A stretch of DNA of 61,166 nucleotides, filler included, from Globobulimina sp. (lineage: Eukaryota): the NCBI GenBank assembly GCA_003354225.1. It is 14 parts of 14 records of this genome, joined end to end, with 100 filler letters (N's around TTAATTAATTAA, not from the genome) between each part and the next. Parts side by side here need not be neighbours in the genome. Positions count along the whole stretch, not along the records: positions 35,044 to 39,314 come from PIVH01001394.1; positions 39,415 to 43,685 come from PIVH01001395.1; positions 43,786 to 48,056 come from PIVH01001396.1; 11 more parts are not named here. One strand, written 5' to 3'. A program made the translations under genes and the position numbers. Position 1 is the first letter of the stretch; each line of letters begins with the position of its first letter. The notes beneath the pieces were generated by a model. The model made no database searches and was not told the DNA's origin. It worked only from the letters and a program-made list of their open reading frames with translations. Shown piece by piece: positions 35,044 through 47,707 of the stretch.

Positions 35044-35543
35044 TCGATATGGAAAGGAATATTGGAGAAATTGTCAAAATTATCAACAAATTGTACTTGT
35101 TCCATTTTCTAAAGCAATACAACAATTAAAATCTAAATAAAAACTAAATATTTATTTATTTTCAAAATTACTTTAAGATATGTTTGATTGGCATTTATTA
35201 ATTCCATGTTCTCGCAAAAGTGTCTCAGCTTTAATTTGTTTTATCACTTTCTTATCAGCTTGAAATCGGACTTGCGTCCTGAATAAGAATGAGTAGACAA
35301 CTTCAAAATACAAAGAAAACATTCTGAACGTGAAAACGATTGCATTGTAATTGTATAATTTGATGGATATGACAATGATTCTGTACATTGATATTTTACA
35401 TGTGACTTGGCGCCAAGTTGCATGCAAACGTCTGTTGGGTACGCATATGTTGTACTGGTTTCATATAAATAATTGCATAGACTGCTTTTATTAAATTTCA
35501 CAATAAGCACTGAAATGAACCAAAATATATAAAACAGTCCCAT
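35044..35543 (-). CDS. Secreted Cys-containing hypothetical protein (partial, spliced)
   Basis: Signal peptide MGLFYIFWFISVLIV; YPTDVC..VKYQC; exon boundaries uncertain. Confidence 0.45.
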
Positions 35544-35587
35544 GACACTACTTTAAAAGTAAAAAACGTTTTCTTTAAAATCTCCTA

Positions 35588-36932
35588 ATGTCAGTCTATA
35601 ATTACAGAAAGAAATTAAAATTACCGGAGGTGCGTGGTGTCAAAGTATTACAAATTGGCTCCAATTCAACATATCTACGATGGACATTTCTATCAACCCA
35701 TAGTTTATCAACACAGCAACTCGAAAAATTAACATTTGAGTTGAAAACAATGGACAATTCAATTAACAGTGAATGTAGTTTTGCTTTAAGAAAAGCAGAG
35801 TACAAAGTAAGATTAGAAGGATTACAATCTAACACCAAATATAAGTTCATGATAAGATGTAAACTAAAATATAATCATGAAATGTTACATTCTCCATGGA
35901 GCAGTTATATTGAATTTACGACAAAACCAAATAAATTTACCATTATTACCAATTGCAATGATAAAAAGCTAGACATTGAGTCGTTGTTACATGAAATAAA
36001 TGAATTAGAAATAAAAAATAAAGAATTAAATCAATTGATATTAAAATTAAATGTGCCAGTTCATCATTTATGGGATTATACAAAAATTGTAGAATGGTAT
36101 GGGTTGCCTAGAATATTTATTTTATAATTTGTATATTTAACGTATACGTATATTTGACAGGGTTCTGCGTCTCGAAGATGGTATGTTTAAACCATACAAG
36201 AAAACATTATTAACAAACCTAAAATGTCAACAAATTGATGGTAAATATTTATGTCAACTTCAACTGGCTGATTTACATAGATTTGGAGTGACAAAATTTA
36301 CGCATAAGAAAATATTAATATCGCACATACATAAATTAACAGAAAATGATGAAAATAAACGAGAATCTGTTTCACCAAAAACACAAATTCCAATAAATGA
36401 TACACATTTTGCACCACCACATGATATGGAGAATGATGGCAAATGTAATATGGATAATGATGGGCTAACAAACAGTGCAAAGAAGTTATTGATATCAGTG
36501 TCGTCCTCCTATGAGCTTCCTAAAAAATGGAAATATAAAAATGGTGTATTATCACTCTTTATAATTGGCGCCACAAATGTTGATAATATGGATGAAGACG
36601 AAGGACCAGGATCAGCCTCCGATCCTTACGTTGAAATTGAATTAAAAGGACATTACAAAACAGAAAGAACAAAGGTTATACAGAATAATGCAAATCCTGT
36701 TTGGAATGAAAGATTTCAATTATTTCCAGCCAATCCAAAAAAAGATATATTAAAACTCAAAATGTGGGACAAAGATGTATGGACATTTGATGATAAAATT
36801 GGGATTGTTCATATTCCAGTTATTGATGTATTGAATGCAAATGGTCATATAAATAAAACATATGATATTAAAGGATCACAATGCGGAGCAAAATTAAATT
36901 TGGAACTAAGATATAAAGAATTGCAACATTAA
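35588..36932 (+). CDS. FN3 + coiled-coil + SAM + C2 domain protein, paralog 1
   Basis: LEGLQSNTKYKFMIR..SPWS (FN3); WDYTKIVEW / intron 36097..36160 / IDGKYL..DLHRFGV (SAM); SDPYV..NPVWNERF..WDKD..DDKIG (C2). Confidence 0.85.
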
Positions 36933-37095
36933 TAATTATATTATTTATATACTGTATATTTCCAATACATTTATGCGATTGAATTCATGTTTGAAAAGTA
37001 TGTTATTTCAATTTACTCAAAACGTATGTTTTGCAAAAAAGTCAGAAACAACACAGGTTTTGGACACAATCTTACAGAAAATAAACTAGTCAAAA

Positions 37096-38524
37096 ATGGC
37101 AACAAAAAGTAGATTAAAACTGCCGGAGCCGATGGGAATAAAACCATTAGAAATCGATGCAACATCCATTTATTTGAGATGGGCAATACTATCATCACAT
37201 GGTTTAAGCCCCGAAGAATTAAAAGATTTACAATTTGAATTTAGAACAACAGATAATAAGTTATTGGCTGACTGTATAGACAATGCAGCTGCCCATGAAT
37301 ATAAAGCAAGATTATGCGGATTGAGTGAGAACACAAAGTATCGATTCCAAGTTCGAAGCAAATTAAAATTAAAAGACGAAATAATAACTAGTGTCTGGAG
37401 TAATCGCATTGAAATATCGACTCAACCAAAAATGAATCATTTTTTTATTATTTCCAATGAAAAAGAATTAAGCATTGAATCACTTAAACACCGATTAAAA
37501 GTGTATATGAATGAAAATAAAAAATTACAATTACAAATTCAACAATTACAATTACAATTAAATCGAGCTCCAAAAGACGCAAAACCTGGTCATTGGCAAT
37601 GGGATTACAGAAAAATTGTAAATTGGTATAATAACTATAATATGCATACTTTTTTTTTATTAATATTATATTTATATTTATAGGATAATGAGAATTGAAG
37701 ATGGTACATTCAAACAATATAAAAAGACATTAAGCAAAGCATTAAAAGAGGACGGTGTGACTGGTAAAGACTTAGTGCAGGTCAATGAAAGTAATTTAAA
37801 AGATTGGGGAATATCCAATTTCAATCAAAGAAAAGTATTGATACATTATATTAAAACATTAACAGAAAATGATAAACCTCCAATAATCGAATATGATGAA
37901 TCCATTGCAATTGAATGCGATACGAATACAAATACAAATACAGTCACAAAAGAAAAAGAAAAAGAAAAAGAGGCAAAAGAAGAAGAAGAAGAAGAGGTAA
38001 AAAAAGAAGAAGAAAAGAAAGAAGAATTTGCAATTAGTGAAAGTGTGGAGGAATTATTAGCTTTGGACTCAGATATAAACTCTGAAAAAAAGAAAGTATG
38101 GAAATATAAGGAAGGAATGTTAAGTGTGTTGGTGGTGTCAGCCACGAATGTGGATAATATGGATGTGGATAAGTGGGGGATTGGAGGGAAAGGAGCGAGT
38201 ACAAACGCATCTGATCCGTATATTGAACTCGATTTAAAAGGAAATTATAAGAAAGAGAGGACAAAAAGTATACAGAATTGTGATAATCCAATATGGAATG
38301 AAAAGTTTCAATTATTTGTCAATGATCCAAAAAATGATTGTCTTAAATGTGGATTGTATGATCATGATAAATGGACAATGGATGATAAAATTGGTGTGGT
38401 TGAAATACCAATTATTACTATATTAAGTTCAAATGGATTTTTACGAAAAGAATTTGATGTAATTGGTTCCAAAAATGGATGTAAATTGGAATTAGAACTT
38501 AAATATTGGGAATCTATGCGATAA
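37096..38524 (+). CDS. FN3 + coiled-coil + SAM + C2 domain protein, paralog 2
   Basis: Same architecture; intron 37626..37683 interrupts the same Trp codon. Confidence 0.85.
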
Positions 38525-38668
38525 ATACACGCACACGTATTATTTTTGTACAATTTATAGTTTTATTGAATTTTATATTCCTTCTGTAAGTCTATACGTG
38601 TAACAGATCTATCGTCTTATCCAGATTGTCGATTTAGGAAAACTTTAAGTAAAAAATAATTAAAAATC

Positions 38669-39314
38669 ATGCCTGAATTAGCAGAGGTAGAGAAAGTGCG
38701 ACAATTAATTGAGAGAAACGCATTAAATAAACAAATAACCCGTGTGGCCGTTGTTGAGGATGAAATTATTTTTGTAAACAAAAAAGCAAAGGAGATTGAA
38801 TCATCATTAATAAATTCCCGAGTGATTAATGTATGTCGTAAAGGTAAAATATTTTGGATGGAATTAGATTCATCACCACATATTTCATTCCATTTAGGAA
38901 TGACAGGAAGAATGATTGTTCGCGGCCAAAATATATTAACATATTACCGCTACCCAGATAACAATGAACAGAATGAATGGCCACCACGTTTTTGGAAATT
39001 ACTACTTGCATTTGATGATAAAACAGAAATTGCATTTACAAATACGCGGCGTTTTGGTCGAGTCCGTATTCATAATAATTTGCCATCAACAGAAGAACCA
39101 ATCTGTAAATTGGGATATGATGCATTTAATGGCATGTGTTGCTATGATGAATTTAGTAAATTAATATCAAAACGAAAATGTCCGTTAAAAGCAGCATTAT
39201 TGGATCAATCATTTACGGCTGGTGTTGGTAACTGGATTTGTGATGAGGTGTGTTATCAAAGTGGTATTTATCCAGCAAAGTATTGTAACACATTAAATAA
39301 TTTACAAATTAAAC
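38669..39314 (+). CDS. FPG: Formamidopyrimidine-DNA glycosylase (Fpg/MutM, eukaryotic type; 3' partial)
   Basis: MPELAEVE, RKGK, HLGMTG, WPPRFWK, RRFGRV, LLDQSFTAGVGNWICDE. Confidence 0.93.
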
Positions 39315-39663
39315 NNNNNNNNNNNNNNNNNNNNNNNNNNNNNNNNNNNNNNNNNNNNTTAATTAATTAANNNNNNNNNNNNNNNNNNNNNNNNNNNNNN
39401 NNNNNNNNNNNNNNATGCGAGAAACGATCGCACATTTCAAATTTCTTTCGTCTGATCATTAAAAAAAGGGAACATTGATTGGAATTAATATTGTAGATGG
39501 AATTTCAGTCAATTTGTAAATGAAATAAAATGTATACATTGTATACTGTATACAAGTTTACTAACGAATTTAGAAAATTGCGATAACATAGATCTATATA
39601 ATACAAATTAATCACACAATTATTGAATACTAGTAATGGGAATAAGAGCAATTTGGATGGATA

Positions 39664-40308
39664 TCACATTGTCGCTGCAATTTTCAATATTTGCTGATAA
39701 CTCTCCTGAGTGGATGTTTCAATTACATATAACATTTGTTTTCTATTTTTATTCATTACAATATGTGCATGACCTTCATTTACCATTTTTACATTATTCA
39801 CAAATATAATAGAAATTGTATACGACGCTGAAAATGAATATGGAATCCATGACGTAATATTAAAATCTACCAAATAACATTGCTTACAATTTTTAACATA
39901 ATTATTATGCGCTTTGGTCCATTCCTCTCTTCCTTTTATAACCATTCCATTATTGCTGTATGTCAAGTTTTTATGTAAATATTTTGCTTCAAAAGCACTA
40001 TTTTCTACCATATATGTATGCGTTGTAATTGACTCCAATACGCCATGATAATAATTTCGACCAAACCTCTCAACTTCTTCCAATGATCCAAATCCATTCC
40101 AATCCTCTTCTTTTTTCTCCTCCCTCATTGATTTTAACCGATTTAACCGATTTAACGATTGTTCATATTTTTCAATTTCAAGTAATAATAATTTACAAAA
40201 CAATTGTTTCTGTTCAATCAATAGAGTGGATGTTTGTGCATCTTTTGAGTCAGCACCAGTGTCCATGATACTCTTCAACTTGACGCTGAAAGACGATGAC
40301 AAGACCAC
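39664..40308 (-). CDS. Hypothetical protein (possible SnoaL/NTF2-like C-terminus)
   Basis: 214-aa ORF; start uncertain (probably MDTGADS near 40266). Confidence 0.55.
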   Translation of the reverse strand: MVLSSSFSVKLKSIMDTGADSKDAQTSTLLIEQKQLFCKLLLLEIEKYEQSLNRLNRLKSMREEKKEEDWNGFGSLEEVERFGRNYYHGVLESITTHTYMVENSAFEAKYLHKNLTYSNNGMVIKGREEWTKAHNNYVKNCKQCYLVDFNITSWIPYSFSASYTISIIFVNNVKMVNEGHAHIVMNKNRKQMLYVIETSTQESYQQILKIAATM

Positions 40309-40385
40309 TTGATATTCATCAAAGTCACTATCCTTGCACTAAACTAAAATAATTTAAACTGTGAGCGAGGATAATTCTCCATGAT

Positions 40386-42086
40386 TTATGTTTGAAGGTG
40401 TTGAGTGTGCTGTTTCTGTATTTGTTGCGCAGATAAAGACCATAATTTATGACACAGTTGATATGCATTTGGATCATGTTGCTTTAATTGTTGTTGATTA
40501 AATGGATAATAATTACAATGACCAAAATACGCTTCACTTATTTGAGCAAAGTATTCATAATAATTAAGTGCAGCATACGCTCTCTCATTTTGTACTATTT
40601 TTTCTTTTTTTAGCTTATCAGTATTAACTATTAAAACATGCTCAACCAAATCATACAAATGATTCTTCATTGCCATATTATATGTATCCATAATATCTCT
40701 TCTATTCCGTCCAATATAATAATGAAATGAATGAACAAATTCATGAAATAAAAGCAAAGGTTGACATATTCTCCATTCCATATAATCATCAACTGAATAA
40801 ATCTCAATATTGCAACATTTCTCAATCATCACTCCATTCGTTTGCATCCATCGCACATCGTGGTGGAAAGTAAGGCCATATTCTCCCTCTTTTGCTGCAA
40901 TATTCAACCAAATGGACACTTTCTTCATAATATGCAATATGGCAAACGATATATTCTCATTCATTTGCGATAAATCATACGTTAAAATATTATATAACTG
41001 AGGATACATTTTAAATATACCTTCTTCATAAAATATATTAAATCCACATAGCTTACATTTCTCATATTGTTTACGTACAACGTCTGGCATTCTTAACGGA
41101 GATCCAATGCTTAATTTTATTGCATTTGCTTTCGTCAATGAGGAGATGGTTAAAATATGTGTGGGATATGTATGCCGTATCTGATACATTCCAATCAGTG
41201 CTAATTCATTAAACATTAACTTGTTATTATGTGATTTATGCGTGCTGCGAATGACAAATGTATTGGAGACATGTGTGCCAATTCGGGAACTTGTTTGTGA
41301 ATAAATTATTCCATTTGTTTTCTCAATGCCATCGTAACTGAGCCATGACGCATATATGCTATGTTTGGTGTCGTTTTTTATAATTAATGTAACTGCGAAC
41401 ATCGCAGATTGCGCATTCAGACCAATATATTTCCAAAAATTAGGCAATGTGGCAGTGGAACTGAGTTGCTGTCGCAATTGCAATTGATATAAATCATATT
41501 GCTTCAGTATCTGCGGAGAATGTATTAAAAATCCTAAATATTTTGAATGTTTTATTATTGGTTTTATGTGTTTTGATTCAAAATATATTTTATAAATGTT
41601 ATCAATCAATGAATTGCTGGATAATAAACAATATATTGCTTCATTTAGATGCAACGGCAATTCCCTATAACATTTATGAAGCAATAAATATAAATGTCTC
41701 CTTTTGCGTTTATTTTGTGCATCAATTGGATAATTGGCTGATATTTGAAAATGTTTTTCATATTCAATGAGTTTATCAATTTGTAGCCAATATTTTGTTT
41801 TCCATTTATTGTAAAAATGCAGTTGTGCCAACGTTTTCTTTTTATGTTTAATTATATTGATTGTTATCTTATCATTTTTAATATCGTTTGTTTCAAAGTT
41901 ATTTGGTGGCTTAATGTCATTGGTTTGCTGGGTTGGCAGTAAAGACTCAGTTTCAATGTCATATTTTTTATTATAATCGTGTGTTTTGCAACATGTACAA
42001 TTGCAACAACTACACCAGCTAAAAATATTGCACCATGTTTGATTGCCATGCTGGTTTGAAGAGTATAACTTTATTTTATCCACCAT
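40386..42086 (-). CDS. VHL-beta-like domain + zincin metallopeptidase (lethal-factor-like)
   Basis: IKNDTKHSIYASWLSYDG..GTHVSNTFVIR; LLFHEFVHSFH; YAALNYYEYFAQISEAYFG..YYPFN..LKQHDP. Confidence 0.75.
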   Translation of the reverse strand: MVDKIKLYSSNQHGNQTWCNIFSWCSCCNCTCCKTHDYNKKYDIETESLLPTQQTNDIKPPNNFETNDIKNDKITINIIKHKKKTLAQLHFYNKWKTKYWLQIDKLIEYEKHFQISANYPIDAQNKRKRRHLYLLLHKCYRELPLHLNEAIYCLLSSNSLIDNIYKIYFESKHIKPIIKHSKYLGFLIHSPQILKQYDLYQLQLRQQLSSTATLPNFWKYIGLNAQSAMFAVTLIIKNDTKHSIYASWLSYDGIEKTNGIIYSQTSSRIGTHVSNTFVIRSTHKSHNNKLMFNELALIGMYQIRHTYPTHILTISSLTKANAIKLSIGSPLRMPDVVRKQYEKCKLCGFNIFYEEGIFKMYPQLYNILTYDLSQMNENISFAILHIMKKVSIWLNIAAKEGEYGLTFHHDVRWMQTNGVMIEKCCNIEIYSVDDYMEWRICQPLLLFHEFVHSFHYYIGRNRRDIMDTYNMAMKNHLYDLVEHVLIVNTDKLKKEKIVQNERAYAALNYYEYFAQISEAYFGHCNYYPFNQQQLKQHDPNAYQLCHKLWSLSAQQIQKQHTQHLQT

Positions 42087-42139
42087 CTTCTAAGCTAAAA
42101 AAATAAAAAAAACTGTTTACTAGCCACTGTCAGAAGTGA

Positions 42140-43685
42140 ATGGATGATTTACCTTCTTGCGGTAGAGCATCGGTGCGAGTGTTATGGTCATCCATCGACT
42201 GGCTTTCAAACCTATTGTTTATATTAAATATCGAGGATATATCCGATGGTAACTACAATAACTTCATCAGTCGAGAGCCCAAACCTTTGGTGATATTATA
42301 TGTTTTAATATTTATAAGCAAGTCTATATATTGGTTGTATTCGTTCTACCATGTCATATATAACCATGGTATATTACCAGTTCGCTCGCGAGTTTTAGCC
42401 TTATGGCTTTTATCCATATCGTCGAGTATTTTGGTGATCATTATAATCAAATTACCAGTGGTTCAATCAGACCCACTTTTCTTTGTAATCGTAGTTGTCC
42501 ACATTGCAATTATCACCAAGCAATGTTTTGTTTTAGGTTCATTCCCATTCAATATCTATTTCCAATACGTATTAGCTTTATTATTTGCAACAGACTTTGT
42601 ATTAATGTTACCTGCAACCAATATATTAGAATACGACAGCACGGTCTCACGAGAGCCTGTAGCTTATGTCAAATTTGTCATATTTATGATTTGCTGCTTG
42701 TTCCTCGTCTCAATCACTTTCCGTCCCATTTCTTTGTTGTGCGAAGGCAAATACCCCACCTTTGTCAAGCCACCGTACCGAGATTACTATGACAGTGAGG
42801 ATGGTGGCTGGAGAAACGACGAATCGCAAATCGAAGAAACCGCCATCTCTGCCTACAAGACACAATTATTACGCGTTCCTACACCGCAATCAACAAAGAA
42901 TATCGATTACCATCTATATGGTATTTTGTTTTGCATTTTTATGCGATTTTGCGTATATTAACAGCATGAAACAGGAACACCAACAGACGAAACGCCGGAC
43001 GATATGGACGATGAGGATGACGATGTCGACACCGATATGGCTCATTCGTTGATTAATATGGTATCGCATGATATAATATTACCGACACAGGAACCCACAC
43101 AGTTTGATAAGTGTTTCTATTGGAATCTGAGCGCATTGTTTATATTCTTTATACACATTCCGATCATCGTATTAATGTCAACCAAACAGTTTGCGTCGTT
43201 TCTACGCATATTACCTACGAATGAGTACACTGATATTAATAATGAGGAGCTGCAGATAGGGATTGTGGTGGATATATTGTTCATCCTTCCAACGTTGTAT
43301 ATATTGGGCATTGTGCTCACTTTGTTCGTATTTCGCATATTTGATATCAAAAAATGTTGTTGTTGTTCCACGCGCGCATTATTTTGGTGCATTTTCAGCA
43401 AACAATATTTCGATATCATTGTTATACATCGCGGGCAAAATGATAAGAATAAGGAAGAATATTATTCCTCGTTGTGGTCGTTCAAAAAAAAAAGAACCGG
43501 CTCTGGGGATAATACTATGTTGGATGGCATTGACGAGAAGAAATTGCACGGAAACAGTCTGTCCACAGTGCCGAAAGCGCCGCCAATGGTTAATATCCCC
43601 ATATCGTCGTTGCCGGATAACTCGCAATATGAGGACGATGAGGAGGATTTTTTCAAGAAAAAAAATAAAAAACACAAGAAAAAAG
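42140..43685 (+). CDS. Multi-pass membrane hypothetical protein (3' partial)
   Basis: ORFs 42140..42961 and 43004.. can be joined through an intron from 42921 (acceptor 42974 restores the frame); many hydrophobic helices. Confidence 0.6.
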
Positions 43686-44078
43686 NNNNNNNNNNNNNNN
43701 NNNNNNNNNNNNNNNNNNNNNNNNNNNNNTTAATTAATTAANNNNNNNNNNNNNNNNNNNNNNNNNNNNNNNNNNNNNNNNNNNNTCGCTGAACGCACTC
43801 TGTTTCATTAATTGCCGTTTCTTTATTTATTTTAAATAATGCTTTGTTTTTACGGTATTCGTTAACCATTTGAAGTGCTTTAAATATGTCCATTTTCGGA
43901 TTTTTCTTTTGTGTTTTTTGTTGCTGTATATATTTAACATTTGTGCTTAAATTAACCTTTGATTCTGTGTTATCCATAACCAGTTCAAGAGCACCGTCTG
44001 GTCACTCAGACTCAGACATCCTTCGTATCCACAAAGCTAAAAAGGTTTTCTTGTTTTTGTTTTTCTTCGGTTTAGATA

Positions 44079-47000
44079 ATGTCTTCCGGTAAAAGTAAAA
44101 CAAAGAAAAAACGTACATACAGACACAGAGTCGGCAAGAAGAGAAACCATACGGATACGAGTATTGATGTAAACAGCATCCATTCACGAACATTGTCCTA
44201 TTTGTCAAGAAACAATAACAACAGCAATAAGACTGAAAATAATAACAACACAACCAACACTAACAGCAATTTATTAACATTTTCAGCATTGCCAAACAAT
44301 TTAAGCGTCTCACTGCCGTCATCCCCAATAAATCGAGCGGAGAGCACCAACGCCACCAAAACCAGCAAGAATAAAAGATTCAATGTCGAGGTCGTGAATA
44401 AAATCAACAAATTGCAACGTTTCAGTTCAATGAATAATATTTGCGACAAGAAAGAAAGAAAAAGAATGACTCCAATCAGCAGAGCAAAAAGAAAGACCAA
44501 AAGCAGCAGAAAAAGAAAGAAAAGCGGTGAAAATATTCGTGTCATGGTTCGTTTTCGGCCATTCAATGCCAAGGAGATTGCGTTTAATATGAAAGAATAT
44601 AATAATTCGCGCTCGGTCTGCGACGAAATCATATTTTCAAACAAAAACAAGAAAATCTGCCTAAACTACATTACCAGCAATAATATGCTGCGAAGATACT
44701 CTTTTAAATTCGACAAAATATTCACAGCAAAAAGCTCTCAGAAAACAATTTTCAACAACGTTTGCAAACCAATCTGCGACGATTTGTTGCAATTTAAATC
44801 CAACAGAGGCACTATTTTTTGTTATGGCCAATCCGGCTCAGGCAAAAGCTACACGTTTTTCGGAAAGAATAACAACAAAACGGAGATGGATCACAATAAC
44901 AAGTCAATGGGTGTGGTCGCCCGGTGCTGTGCCTATATATTGAATGAATTATGTAACATAAAAGAATCGCTATTCAATGTTTTCACGGAGTTTTCGTACA
45001 ATATTTGCATGGAATGCATGGAGATTTACAATGAGAAACTGATCGATTTGCTAAATGTAAACAGCAAACAAAGCCCCATTATCCGCGAGAGGAAACACAT
45101 TGAAATCCATCATATAACTCGCAAACCGGTGCAGTGCGAGGCGGACATACTAAATTTGCTGCAAATCGCCTCTGTGAACCGCAATATGGACCGAACGGCG
45201 CTGAACAAAAACTCGTCGCGCAGCCATATGATAATCCGCGTGATTATTAACAGTGTGAACTCAGACTTGAACAGAAAAACGCAGTCCATTCTCAATTTTA
45301 TTGACTTGGCCGGTTCTGAGAATATCAAGAAATTGAAAAATGGCGTCAATAAAAAAAAACAGGTGGTCGAAGCTGGCAATATCCTCAAATCGCTCACTAC
45401 GTTGTCGCAAGTCATTGACGCTTTGGTCAAAAACAAGAAACATATCCCGTACAAAGAGAGCAAATTAACGCGGATATTGCACAATTCGTTGGGTGGGAAT
45501 TGCCGAACGGCGCTGTTAATTTGCGCCTCGGCCAATATTTATAACCGGTATGAGACGATCAGATCGCTCAAATTCGGGAAGCGGTGCCAGCAAATTAAGA
45601 ATTGCGTCAAATACAACCAAGGACAAATAATACAGAATCCGAATCAGAGTGCGACTCGAAATAACAAATCCAATTTGAAGTTGAAACTGAAAAAATCTGT
45701 AAGTGCCTGCAGCAACAAATCGGTGATTGTCAAAGATGACAAGTTTGACTGTAAAACGTTGCTGAAAGAGATTGAAAAATTAAAGGTCGAAAACGATTTA
45801 TTGAGAAAAAAAGAGGAATTAAGTGACAACATTTGCACTTTGAACGAAACCATCACTAAAATTGCACTGCAAAATGCGTTTAAAAAAAACAACGGACAAA
45901 AAAAAATCAAAAACGAGTTGAATATATTTCAGAGCAAATTAATCCAAGTCACCATTGCGTTGAATGCTAAAATGGATCAAATCAAAGAGTTAATCGACGA
46001 GGGACAAACATTGCTAATTAACAATGAAAGAGAAGGCCAAGAAGAAGAGCAGCAAAATGAGCAAATAAACACAAATAACAATCTATTAAACTCCATCAAT
46101 TTTAATCAGAAAATCTACTCTGAAGCCATGGTACAACAATTAAAGCAGAAAAACCTCAATTTAGTGCAAGAAATCGCCAAATTAAAACAGTGCCAATCTC
46201 AATGCAAATTGGTCAAAACTCCGCGTGCTTCCAACTCCAACTCCATGTCAACCAACACAGCGTACCATCCGTCGCCTATTCGCATTGACAACAATATCAA
46301 CAAAGAAGCAAATGATACGTATTATATCTGCGACGACGAAGACATTTATGGCAATGCGTACGCGTACAACCAAGAGAATGGTGAGAACAATAAACAGCAG
46401 ACCTTGTCGGAGCAGCTAAATGTGATGGATGCGATGCGTCAAATGGACAAAGACAATCTAGATTTGCTGCAATCGCCCATTCACAAGAATAAAGTCACAG
46501 AGCTGCCGAATAAGTTCGATATTTGCTCCAATTCCAATTCCAACTCGCATTCCCATCGAATCTCTCCGCGAGACAGCATCACTTTGCTCAAAAACGCACA
46601 TTTATTGCCTTCCAACGAGTCCTCTGCGCGTTCCTCCATCAAAAGTCAGAGTGTGTTATCGACCACAATCGATTCCATTGATGAACATTTGGAGAAATGG
46701 AATAACGGAATCAGTGCAAACCAGCACCGATTGAGTAATATGGAGATGTATAATCGACGCAGATCCTCGGTGAATACCGCCATTTCTGTGTCTTTGTCGT
46801 CCGGCAACTCATTGGATTTACAGCCAATTCTATGCGCTGAGAGTGGCACTGGCAATGGGAATGTGAATGGGAATGGCAATGGGAATGAGGTGGAGTTTGG
46901 AGCGGATGCGGAGGAGAAAGGGGATAAAAGCAATTTGGATGGCGGTGTTTTAAAGGAAGAGGAGAATGAAGAGGAGGAGTCGCTGAGTGATGAGGAGTAT

Positions 47001-47222
47001 GATTATTATTCGGAGACAGATGATGACCAATCTTATTATAATAATAGCTTCAATGGAATACATAATACATTCCATAGAACCAAGACGGAGTCGCAAATAT
47101 TTCGATCGATCGGGATGGAGTTATCCAAGAAATTGAAAGCCAAATCAGTGGAGTCGCCGTGTCAAAATAATCAAAGGCTGTCGAGTACGTTTGCCATTCA
47201 TTGGATTAATTTGAAAAAATGA
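44079..47222 (+). CDS. Kinesin motor domain protein
   Basis: IRVMVRFRP, YGQSGSGKSYT, NSSRSH, IDLAGSE, HIPYKESKLTRIL..SLGGN; coiled coil; intronless. Confidence 0.95.
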   Translation: MSSGKSKTKKKRTYRHRVGKKRNHTDTSIDVNSIHSRTLSYLSRNNNNSNKTENNNNTTNTNSNLLTFSALPNNLSVSLPSSPINRAESTNATKTSKNKRFNVEVVNKINKLQRFSSMNNICDKKERKRMTPISRAKRKTKSSRKRKKSGENIRVMVRFRPFNAKEIAFNMKEYNNSRSVCDEIIFSNKNKKICLNYITSNNMLRRYSFKFDKIFTAKSSQKTIFNNVCKPICDDLLQFKSNRGTIFCYGQSGSGKSYTFFGKNNNKTEMDHNNKSMGVVARCCAYILNELCNIKESLFNVFTEFSYNICMECMEIYNEKLIDLLNVNSKQSPIIRERKHIEIHHITRKPVQCEADILNLLQIASVNRNMDRTALNKNSSRSHMIIRVIINSVNSDLNRKTQSILNFIDLAGSENIKKLKNGVNKKKQVVEAGNILKSLTTLSQVIDALVKNKKHIPYKESKLTRILHNSLGGNCRTALLICASANIYNRYETIRSLKFGKRCQQIKNCVKYNQGQIIQNPNQSATRNNKSNLKLKLKKSVSACSNKSVIVKDDKFDCKTLLKEIEKLKVENDLLRKKEELSDNICTLNETITKIALQNAFKKNNGQKKIKNELNIFQSKLIQVTIALNAKMDQIKELIDEGQTLLINNEREGQEEEQQNEQINTNNNLLNSINFNQKIYSEAMVQQLKQKNLNLVQEIAKLKQCQSQCKLVKTPRASNSNSMSTNTAYHPSPIRIDNNINKEANDTYYICDDEDIYGNAYAYNQENGENNKQQTLSEQLNVMDAMRQMDKDNLDLLQSPIHKNKVTELPNKFDICSNSNSNSHSHRISPRDSITLLKNAHLLPSNESSARSSIKSQSVLSTTIDSIDEHLEKWNNGISANQHRLSNMEMYNRRRSSVNTAISVSLSSGNSLDLQPILCAESGTGNGNVNGNGNGNEVEFGADAEEKGDKSNLDGGVLKEEENEEEESLSDEEYDYYSETDDDQSYYNNSFNGIHNTFHRTKTESQIFRSIGMELSKKLKAKSVESPCQNNQRLSSTFAIHWINLKK

Positions 47223-47707
47223 GGAATATTAAACAAACTTATTTGCACTTTCGATTTTTGATTTATTTTATTTTTATTTTTTTTATATATGCTTTGTAAT
47301 TAAATTTATTGTTATTATTTATATATTCATACTATGCGATTTATTTACTTATTTTTCATTTTATTTTTTTTTCTGTCTCCCTGGATTAATTTTGTTTTTT
47401 TACTTTTTTTTTCCAATTTTTTTTTTGTGTTTTATTTTGATTGGTAATTTTTTGTTTCTTTTTCTCAGAGTTTCTGTTCTATTCGGATCTTGAAGGATTT
47501 ATTTTAAATTTTTAATATATATACCTTTCTTTTCACTATATTGCTGAAGACGACCTAATATTTGATTTGGAATACGGATAATGAATTTGTACGTATGTAG
47601 AAATTTTTTTTTCAAAAATTCCCCAAAAAAAAAAAAGTTTTGAAGAATAACAAAATAAACATTTTTTACTAATTACCACTACAGTTGAGTTAATAGTTAC
47701 GCCAACA

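Noticed and set aside
47230-47530. Long T-rich low-complexity tract
   Set aside because: Ordinary AT-rich 3' UTR or intergenic sequence after the kinesin gene; no periodic unit.
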